This document shows positions 1 through 4,560 of a stretch of 15,366 nucleotides of DNA, one piece after another; the stretch's first letter is position 1, and every line of letters begins with the position of its first letter. The stretch is taken from assembly GCF_003334315.1 (NCBI RefSeq), contig NZ_QOWR01000075.1; one strand, given 5' to 3'. The notes under the pieces are model-generated. The model made no database searches. It was not told the DNA's origin and saw nothing but the letters and a program-made list of their open reading frames with translations. Source of the stretch: Escherichia coli. Its GTDB lineage: Bacteria; Pseudomonadota; Gammaproteobacteria; Enterobacterales; Enterobacteriaceae. The translations under genes were made by a program, and so were the position numbers.

Positions 1-105
1 ATTATATCGAATGTGATTACAATCGGTGGCGGCGGCACAGTTGGTGTGGCGGCCTCAGTCCGGAACAATTTGAAAACAAGAACCTCGCTTAGGCCTGTGT
101 CCATA

Positions 106-459
106 TTACGTGGGTAGGATCAGATCAGGAACAGCTTTAACAGTAGCTTCTTGTTGTGTCTTGGCTTCTTGTCTAGCTTCTTCTTGTGGAATATCTACCA
201 CTTGATAGACATTAGAACTTCCTGGTCGTGCATCTTTTATAATTAACCCCATTTCGAGCAATTTCTTAACCCTTTCCTCTGCTGCTCTTGGTGTTATGCC
301 AAAAACATCGCCTATCTTAGCGTAAGAGGGAAATGCACGATCAAACCCTTTCAGATAGCAGTAAAGATTTTTAGCACTATCTGTAAATTTATGCCCGTTT
401 ACTTGGCTTATTTTTAGAATCCACATAGGAACTTTTACAAATTGTTCTTCATTAATCAT
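106..459 (-). CDS. small winged-helix/HTH DNA-binding protein, 117 aa from ATG 459 (the ORF track shows a GTG-extended 125 aa form reaching 483)
   Basis: Open frame 106..483. The ATG at 457-459 is preceded by AAGGAG (467-472) 7 nt upstream, while the GTG at 483 has no SD. The pattern VPMWILK..AKNLYCYLKGF..FPSYAKIGDVFGITPRAAEERVKKLLEMGLI resembles the HTH_36 / initiator-type winged helix of phage and plasmid proteins (from memory, not searched). The tail is acidic and Q-rich. Confidence 0.6.
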   Translation of the reverse strand: MINEEQFVKVPMWILKISQVNGHKFTDSAKNLYCYLKGFDRAFPSYAKIGDVFGITPRAAEERVKKLLEMGLIIKDARPGSSNVYQVVDIPQEEARQEAKTQQEATVKAVPDLILPT

Positions 460-512
460 TAAAAATCTCCTTGATGTAATCACGCTCTATGGCGCTACTA
501 TGGTGATAAAAA

Positions 513-683
513 TCACTTGCTTTTATTTGAGAGTGTTTCAGCCTCTCTTTTCAACATATCAAGAATGTAATCTGTGACAGTGATACGTCTACTTCTGGCT
601 TCTTTAAATAACACCTGAAATACTTCATCAGGAATATGAAAGCAAGTGCGTGGTTGTCTTTTCTTTTCTGTAGTTTCGCTCAT
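513..683 (-). CDS. 56 aa ribbon-helix-helix-like (Arc/CopG/MetJ style) protein, MSETTEKKRQPRTCFHIPDEVFQVLFKEARSRRITVTDYILDMLKREAETLSNKSK
   Basis: Not in the ORF track because it is under 60 aa; I translated it by hand. ATG at 681-683, TGA at 513-515, AAGGAG at 690-695 (6 nt spacer). The basic N-terminus followed by beta-strand-like FHIPDEVF and then two helices is the RHH layout. It lies between two other same-strand genes with short gaps (19 nt to the upstream gene, 53 nt to the downstream one). Confidence 0.55.
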   Translation of the reverse strand: MSETTEKKRQPRTCFHIPDEVFQVLFKEARSRRITVTDYILDMLKREAETLSNKSK

Positions 684-702
684 AGTTTTCTCCTTCTATT
701 CT

Positions 703-891
703 TTACTCTGTTTCAGATTCTTTTTCATTTTTTCTTAATTCATCAATAATCTTGAGTGCTTCATTGAAGCAAGCTGCTCGCTCTGGATAACCTCGACTCC
801 TTGCCATATTACGATTCATTACTATTTGGTGGCGTGTAAGCTCACCTTTTTTAAATGCCGCGACAACGTGTTCCGATGTGAACCATTTCAT
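703..891 (-). CDS. 62 aa hypothetical protein, first gene of the three-gene operon
   Basis: ATG at 889-891 with AAGGAG at 898-903 (6 nt spacer); TAA at 703-705. I recognise no family. The C-terminus is helical and charged. Confidence 0.55.
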   Translation of the reverse strand: MKWFTSEHVVAAFKKGELTRHQIVMNRNMARSRGYPERAACFNEALKIIDELRKNEKESETE

Positions 892-1001
892 AAAAAACTC
901 CTTATTCAGTTAAAAGAAAAACACCTTGCAAGCCTGACGGCTTCAAAGTGCATTGATTTTGATTATTTAGAGAAGAATGTTTTTCTGTCCCTCTAATACC
1001 T

Positions 1002-1030
1002 ATTATTACATATAAAGAAACATTTGTCAA
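1002..1030 (-). promoter_or_regulatory. sigma70-like promoter for the 891->106 operon
   Basis: On the minus strand: TTGACA (1030..1025), 17 nt spacer, AATAAT (1007..1002). This predicts a leader of about 100 nt before the ATG at 891. Confidence 0.45.
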
Positions 1031-1122
1031 TACCTTTTCACAAAAAATCTGATCTTTTTCATGTACTTACATTTTTTCTTAGCAATTCGTGCTCTTCTGT
1101 GTAGTGCTATTCTTCCTTATTG

Positions 1123-1151
1123 TCTAAAACGCTCTAAAACGCGTTCTAACG
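1123..1151 (+). repeat. tandem 10-mer TCTAAAACGC x2 plus a degenerate third copy
   Basis: Perfect copies at 1123-1132 and 1133-1142, with a partial copy TCTAACG at 1145-1151. The related AAAACGCTCT recurs at 1287-1296. Confidence 0.6.
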
Positions 1152-1567
1152 AGGTTTTGATAAAAGCAATACATTCCCTTATGTAATGGCTGTTTAGCTC
1201 GCCAGAGGCTTATTTAAGGGGCTTATTTTGTATTTGTTAGGTATATGAAAAGGTGATGGTAGATATAAGATAGAGAGTCACTTTATAAAACGCTCTGTAA
1301 AGCCCTGTAGTGAGTTTATATATGTAGGCAATGCGTTTCCATTCCCTACCCTGCTTAATGCTGTTAGAGAAGCATTTAGACCCCTTATTTTTAATTACCT
1401 AAAGTATCCTCTATACATTCCTGTTATGAAACACCTCTGAATCCTTCATAAAACACATTATGACGCAAAGAACACTTTTCTAAGGTGATTCCCTTCCTGA
1501 ATGCTGTTTCTTGCGTCAAAGAGCTACACAGAGCTTATAAAGCTATTATTAATAATAAAGTAGACAA

Positions 1568-1620
1568 AGTAAGTAAGATAAGTAAGTAAGATAACTAAGA
1601 TAGATAAGATTAATAAGATC
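1568..1620 (+). repeat. TAAG/TAAGAT microsatellite-like tract
   Basis: Perfect 13 bp tandem AGTAAGTAAGATA at 1568-1580 and 1581-1593. TAAGAT hexamers start at 1574, 1587, 1596, 1605 and 1614 (spacing 13, 9, 9, 9 bp). Confidence 0.75.
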
Positions 1621-1629
1621 AGAATTCTC

Positions 1630-1661
1630 TTTCGGTGTCGCCTCTGGCTTTTCCACCGAAA
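1630..1661. other. 8 bp stem hairpin / dyad (TTTCGGTG ... CACCGAAA, 16 nt loop)
   Basis: Arms at 1630-1637 and 1654-1661 are perfectly complementary. There is no U-tract on either strand, so it is not called a terminator. Confidence 0.4.
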
Positions 1662-1663
1662 AC

Positions 1664-1828
1664 AATTACACAACTACAGAGAATAACGAGAGTTATTAAA
1701 TGTAGAAAGTGGAATTGTATTGAGGCTTAGTGAAATTACACGAGGAAAGCAGAGTGTAATTGAGCTTTAGCCGCTCTCTCTTCGAGTAATTACACAACTA
1801 CAGAGAATAACAGAGTTATTAAATGTAG
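1664..1828 (+). repeat. pair of 42/41 bp direct repeats (1664-1705 and 1788-1828) bracketing an AATTACAC/GTGTAATT inverted pair
   Basis: Both copies read AATTACACAACTACAGAGAATAAC(G)AGAGTTATTAAATGTAG and are identical except for a 1 nt indel. Each contains the dyad AATAAC-N3/4-GTTATT. Between them, AATTACAC (1734-1741) and GTGTAATT (1754-1761) form a perfect 8 bp inverted repeat. Confidence 0.9.
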
Positions 1829-1889
1829 GAGGGTAATTAAGAGTTAGAGAGAGTTAACACATAAGCAATCAGTATGATTGGTTAGGTGA

Positions 1890-2070
1890 TTACTCTTCTG
1901 CGCACAGCGCAATAGTATTTCTTCGTGGGCGTTACCGCCAACGATAGTTACACGAAGAAAGTAACGCTTTGCTTTCGGTGTGAGCGGAACGGGCCAGCCA
2001 CGAAGCCCAAAGGTAGCGGAGTAAGGCTGCTTGCCAGAGAGTGAAGCTAACGCCGGAAGGCAAAAGATCA
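1890..2070. ncRNA. candidate structured RNA (or gene relic): a GC-richer, hairpin-dense patch inside very AT-rich DNA
   Basis: Perfect 10 bp helix TTTCTTCGTG (1918-1927) / CACGAAGAAA (1951-1960), enclosing GGCG-TTAC-CGCC (1928-1939). An alternative pairing is GCGTTAC (1929-1935) with GTAACGC (1961-1967). Other hairpins: TGCGC-ACA-GCGCA (1899-1911), GGGC/GCCC (1991-1994/2005-2008) and TTGCC/GGCAA (2031-2035/2059-2063). The overlapping 75 aa minus-strand ORF has no SD. Strand is undetermined. Confidence 0.3.
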
Positions 2071-2128
2071 TATAAATAAATATATAATATTATAATTTAA
2101 TAAGTAATTTAATAAATGATCTAATAGG

Positions 2129-2262
2129 TAACAGAATTCTGTGGGGGTGTCTAACAGTTTTCTGTGGGGGTGTCTAACAGAATTCTGTTAGGGTGGGGTA
2201 ACAGAATTTTGTTAGGGTAAAAATCTCTTTAAAAGTTAAGATTAACAGAATTCTGTGGGGGG
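2129..2262 (+). repeat. array of 5 dyad sites TAACAG-N4-CTGT(TA), each followed by a G-run
   Basis: Copies at 2129-2147, 2152-2170, 2175-2198, 2199-2218 and 2243-2262 (start spacing 23, 23, 24, 44 bp). The core ACAGAATTCTGT is a perfect 12 bp palindrome, and the copy at 2175 is a perfect 16 bp palindrome, TAACAGAATTCTGTTA. Confidence 0.9.
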
Positions 2263-2325
2263 TAGCTCACAGTGACCTACCCCCTAGTTCACTATGACCT
2301 ACCCCCCTAGGTCACAGTGACCTAT
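2263..2325 (+). repeat. iteron triplet A (22, 23, 18 bp units: TAGCTCACAGTGACCTACCCCC / TAGTTCACTATGACCTACCCCCC / TAGGTCACAGTGACCTAT)
   Basis: Head-to-tail direct repeats at 2263-2284, 2285-2307 and 2308-2325. The preceding G-run and the first unit form the inverted repeat GGGGGTAG ... CTACCCCC. Confidence 0.9.
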
Positions 2326-2383
2326 ATAGTATAAAGAATATTATTTATATTATTTAATTATAGTATTTAATTATAGTATTGGT
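2326..2383. repeat. extremely AT-rich spacer with a perfect 13 bp tandem TATTTAATTATAG x2 (2351-2363, 2364-2376); DUE-like
   Basis: Read directly from the sequence. It is flanked by the iteron and dyad arrays. A second AT-rich tract (2072-2128) carries the 11-mer TAATTTAATAA twice (2093-2103, 2105-2115). Confidence 0.7.
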
Positions 2384-2483
2384 GGAACTCATTTCCTAGG
2401 TAGGTAGGAACTAATTTCCTAAGTAGGTAGGAAACCACTTCCTAGGTTACTTCCTAAATAGATCGGAAATCATTTCCTAGGTG
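2384..2483 (+). repeat. array of 4 dyad sites GGAA-N5-TTCC followed by TAGGT/TAAGT
   Basis: Sites at 2384-2396, 2407-2419, 2430-2442 and 2465-2477 (start spacing 23, 23, 35 bp). There is a lone TTCCTA half-site at 2451-2456. Confidence 0.9.
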
Positions 2484-2501
2484 TTATTTATACTTATCGG
2501 G

Positions 2502-2556
2502 TATCAGTTTTGATAGGGGTATCAGACTTGATAGGGGTAACAGAATTCTGTGGGGG
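2502..2556 (+). repeat. array of 3 dyad-plus-GGGG units (TATCAGTTTTGATAGGGG, TATCAGACTTGATAGGGG, TAACAGAATTCTGTGGGGG)
   Basis: Units at 2502-2519, 2520-2537 and 2538-2556, with an 18 bp period. The TATCA..TGATA arms differ from the TAACAG..CTGTTA arms by symmetric (compensatory) changes in both half-sites. Confidence 0.9.
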
Positions 2557-2619
2557 TAGTTCACTATGACCTACCCCTAGTTCACTGTGAGCTACCCCTA
2601 GTTCACTGTGAGCTACCGT
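2557..2619 (+). repeat. iteron triplet B (3 x 21 bp TAGTTCAC(T/A)(G/A)TGA(G/C)CTACCCC)
   Basis: Units at 2557-2577, 2578-2598 and 2599-2619. They have the same orientation and family as 2263-2325. The module [TAACAGAATTCTGT + G-run + 3 iterons] is therefore duplicated (2243-2325 and 2538-2619). Confidence 0.9.
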
Positions 2620-2711
2620 TACATCCAATCATCTGTCGATGTAACATATCGTTACTACCAACTTTCTTACAAAGAGCATTTCAGATAGCTGAATGTAACC
2701 TCTCGTTACAT
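2618..2711. repeat. four GTTACAT heptamers arranged as two dyads
   Basis: GTTACATC (2618-2625) / GATGTAAC (2638-2645) with a 12 bp spacer. ATGTAAC (2693-2699) / GTTACAT (2705-2711) with a 5 bp spacer. There is an extra CGTTAC at 2650-2655. Confidence 0.8.
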
Positions 2712-2732
2712 CCATTTGTCACATAGCACTCT

Positions 2733-3208
2733 GTGTAATGCCTTTCTATGTGTGTGCCATAATCCCCCTATATTCCCTGTGTAAATCATAGAATAATGCT
2801 CTCTATTCCCTGTGTAATTCCCTACTAAAAATCAATGAAAAAGTAGCTTAAAGTTGCAATTCTTACTTTCTTCACTTTTACATCACTTTCGCAAAGCCTT
2901 GTGTAATGCGGCTTACAGAGCACCATCAGAAATTGTTGGCTAAAAATTATTCTGCTTGTTTCTGAACGAGTTTTCTCGTTTGTGCAAATTTTAAAATTTA
3001 TTTTGTTTTTACAGCCTTATTTCGTGTAATGCGTGGCATAGCAAGCCCTTTTCTTGTGTTGTCAAGACATTTGGCAACGTTCAAACATCTGTTTAGAAAT
3101 GCCAAATTGTTGATCTAACAAATAAACCTGTATAAACAGAACACCATTTAATCTATTCCCCTGTGTATCCATTAGGCATACCAAATGAATACAGCTAAAT
3201 CGTGTAAT
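2733..3208 (+). repeat. field of GTGTAAT-containing motifs, including the perfect 14-mer TATTCCCTGTGTAA x2
   Basis: GTGTAATGC at 2733, 2901 and 3024; GTGTAAT at 3202. TATTCCCTGTGTAA at 2771-2784 and 2804-2817 (33 bp apart). Variant TATTCCCCTGTGTA at 3154-3167. Related ATTCCCTTATGTAAT near 1173-1187. CCCTGTGTA on the minus strand at 4604-4612. Confidence 0.8.
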
Positions 3209-3281
3209 ATTCCGTACCCATAAGGCTTGAAACAGACCAAATGAATACGGTATACTCATTTGCATTTAAGTAGTGCCAAAT
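3069..3281. promoter_or_regulatory. res-like recombinase-binding region (CCAAAT-containing half-sites) upstream of the serine recombinase gene
   Basis: CCAAATGAATAC at 3181-3192 and 3237-3248. An imperfect inverted partner GTATACTCATTTG lies at 3250-3262. TGCCAAAT is at 3100-3107 and 3274-3281, with its complement ATTTGGCA at 3069-3076. The arrangement resembles the multi-subsite res regions next to tnpR-type genes (established layout; the assignment here is inference). Confidence 0.4.
3227..3256 (+). promoter_or_regulatory. sigma70-like promoter of the recombinase gene, overlapped by the repeated half-sites
   Basis: TTGAAA (3227-3232), 18 nt spacer, TATACT (3251-3256). The CCAAATGAATAC repeat lies within the spacer, which suggests autoregulation. 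Confidence 0.45.
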
Positions 3282-3301
3282 CGACACATTAAGAGGATTT
3301 T

Positions 3302-3841
3302 ATGAGCAATATCGGTTATAAGCGTGTGAGCACTGTAGATCAGAACACTGATCGCCAGCTTGCAGGAGTAACTCTCGATAAAGTCTTTGAAGATAAGCTG
3401 TCTGGTAAAGACACTAACCGCCCAGGCTTACAAGCGTGTTTAGCCTATCTGAGAGAAGGCGACACCTTACACGTGCACTCTCTCGACCGTTTAGGACGTA
3501 ACACCTTAGACATCCTTGCTTTAGTTGAACAACTTAATAATCGAGGTGTAATTGTTCGATTTCACAAAGAAGGAATCATTGCAGACATTACAAGCGCGAT
3601 GGGAAAGATGATGCTTACGATGTTGTCGGCAGTTGCAACGTGTGAACGTGAACTGATGTTAGAACGTAAACGAGAAGCGCAAGCCGTCAATCCTACAAAA
3701 CGTGGTAATGGAAAAGCAGTGGATCGAGAAGGTATAAAGAAAGCCCTTTCTGATGGCCTGTCAGTGCGTAAAACCGCCGAGAGCTTTAATGTTGCTCCTT
3801 CAACGGTGCAACGTATCAAGAAGGAAGAAGAGGAGGCGTAA
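3302..3841 (+). CDS. small serine recombinase (resolvase/invertase family), 179 aa
   Basis: N-terminal GYKRVSTVDQNTDRQ carries the catalytic-serine motif (YxRVSTxxQ). DRLGRN and the SAVATCERE helix are present. C-terminal HTH: GLSVRKTAESFNVAPSTVQRIKK. RBS AAGAGGA at 3291-3297. Confidence 0.9.
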   Translation: MSNIGYKRVSTVDQNTDRQLAGVTLDKVFEDKLSGKDTNRPGLQACLAYLREGDTLHVHSLDRLGRNTLDILALVEQLNNRGVIVRFHKEGIIADITSAMGKMMLTMLSAVATCERELMLERKREAQAVNPTKRGNGKAVDREGIKKALSDGLSVRKTAESFNVAPSTVQRIKKEEEEA

Positions 3842-3849
3842 TGCCTCCT
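3831..3849 (+). terminator. hairpin at the recombinase stop codon (AGGAGGC-GTAAT-GCCTCCT)
   Basis: Perfect 7 bp stem overlapping the TAA, followed by TTGATATTTG, which is only a weak U-tract. Confidence 0.4.
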
Positions 3850-4058
3850 TGATATTTGAGAATTGTCGCTGCGTGGACCTGACGGCGCTGATCTTCTCGT
3901 TAAGCGATGATCACGTATGCGCCGATTTCAGAGAAAAAGACAGTAACTGAACTCACTATGAAGGCTAAACGTATCTTTACACTTGATGAAAACGTTCAAA
4001 AAACAACCTAACCCCAAAATTCAACAAATTGCAACACATTGTTTTTAAAAGAAAATTA

Positions 4059-4106
4059 AATCTACATCAAATATTGGTTGACGTAGATTGAGGTGAATAG
4101 TAGACT
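4059..4106 (+). promoter_or_regulatory. sigma70-like promoter with a flanking 7 bp inverted repeat, upstream of the 52 aa ORF
   Basis: TTGACG (4078-4083), 17 nt spacer, TAGACT (4101-4106). AATCTAC (4059-4065) / GTAGATT (4083-4089) brackets the -35. Confidence 0.4.
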
Positions 4107-4182
4107 ATTAGGGTAAATTACCACCCTTGTAACATCATTTAATGCATGTTCTAATCTTCCTATCGTAAAACCGGAGGAAGTT

Positions 4183-4341
4183 ATGCATTTACTTTCAAAA
4201 CATCTTCACACTATTCACTTTCTCGTTATTGATGTATTCGTTGTGGCTATTAGTTACCGCATTTGCATCGCTTCCAGTGAAGAGATGGACGCTGTTGCAA
4301 TTATTGCTCAAGCAATGGCGATATTAACTAAACGACTTTAA
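4183..4341 (+). CDS. 52 aa hydrophobic mini-protein, MHLLSKHLHTIHFLVIDVFVVAISYRICIASSEEMDAVAIIAQAMAILTKRL
   Basis: Translated by hand (below the track cut-off). GGAGG at 4173-4177, 5 nt before the ATG at 4183; TAA at 4339-4341. It has a promoter upstream and a hairpin downstream. The hydrophobic core suggests a membrane peptide. Confidence 0.4.
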   Translation: MHLLSKHLHTIHFLVIDVFVVAISYRICIASSEEMDAVAIIAQAMAILTKRL

Positions 4342-4354
4342 TAATTTCACTATC

Positions 4355-4398
4355 AGGCGCATAAACACATCTTTGATCGCTGGATGTGTTATGCGCCT
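4355..4398. terminator. long hairpin between the convergent mini-ORFs (16 bp stem with one bulge, 11 nt loop)
   Basis: AGGCGCATAAACACATC (4355-4371) pairs with GATGTGTTATGCGCCT (4383-4398). There is no clear U-tract on either strand, so the terminator role is inferred only from its position between the two stop codons (4341 and 4408). Confidence 0.45.
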
Positions 4399-4407
4399 AC
4401 TGGTGAT

Positions 4408-4560
4408 TCAATCCTTAAGCCATTTCAACTCACTAAGGAGTTTTCTTTCTTCGTTCTCTCGTTGCTTTCGCTCTAGCCAGGCTTTTCCCTCTGGCGTAGA
4501 CAGGAACTTACGAGCGTGAATCTTGCGGTTATTACGTTTTATAGCTGCAATGTTTTTCAT
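4408..4560 (-). CDS. 50 aa basic, coiled-coil-like mini-protein, MKNIAAIKRNNRKIHARKFLSTPEGKAWLERKQRENEERKLLSELKWLKD
   Basis: Translated by hand. ATG at 4558-4560, AGAGG at 4568-4572 (7 nt spacer), TGA at 4408-4410. A CCCTGTGTA motif lies about 45 nt upstream, on the same strand. Confidence 0.4.
   Translation of the reverse strand: MKNIAAIKRNNRKIHARKFLSTPEGKAWLERKQRENEERKLLSELKWLKD

Noticed and set aside
1462-1517. Isolated short inverted repeats as functional hairpins: the 13 nt arms at 1462-1474/1505-1517 (two mismatches) and ATTTGGCA/TGCCAAAT at 3069-3107 taken on its own
   Set aside because: By my rough estimate, single 8 bp inverted repeats within 30 bp are expected about twice per 5 kb by chance. 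I gave weight only to motifs that recur as families.
1890-2070. Retron msr/msd or another RT-associated ncRNA
   Set aside because: There is no reverse transcriptase gene anywhere in the window, and I could not find the flanking a1/a2 inverted repeats characteristic of retrons.
1844-2071. 75 aa ORF on the minus strand as a protein-coding gene
   Set aside because: No SD before its ATG (the upstream sequence is pure A/T). The predicted peptide has an odd composition. It coincides with the hairpin-dense GC patch, which I treat as an RNA or relic candidate instead.
2131-2552. Repeated GAATTC (EcoRI) sites as evidence of a cloning artefact or engineered insert
   Set aside because: The sites are the centres of a naturally degenerate dyad family (ACAGAATTCTGT, ACAGTTTTCTGT, ACAGAATTTTGT). 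There are no vector-like sequences or polylinkers around them.
2129-2622. Possible CRISPR array, given the many short direct repeats
   Set aside because: The repeat units abut one another or are separated by other repeat families, not by unique spacers of constant length. The units are dyads or iterons of several unrelated types. No cas genes or leader are visible.
1664-3208. Invertible DNA switch driven by the serine recombinase, with the AATTACAC/GTGTAAT motifs as crossover sites
   Set aside because: Only a 7-8 bp motif is shared between the two sides. I found no pair of longer (about 26 bp) inverted recombination sites. I left it as something to test by PCR, not as a claim.
3062-3265. 67 aa ORF on the minus strand
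   Set aside because: It lies antisense across the recombinase promoter and res-like repeats, has no RBS, and gives an implausible peptide.
3753-3950. 65 aa ORF on the plus strand overlapping the recombinase 3' end
   Set aside because: It is an out-of-frame overlap with a well-supported gene, reads through its terminator hairpin, and has no RBS.
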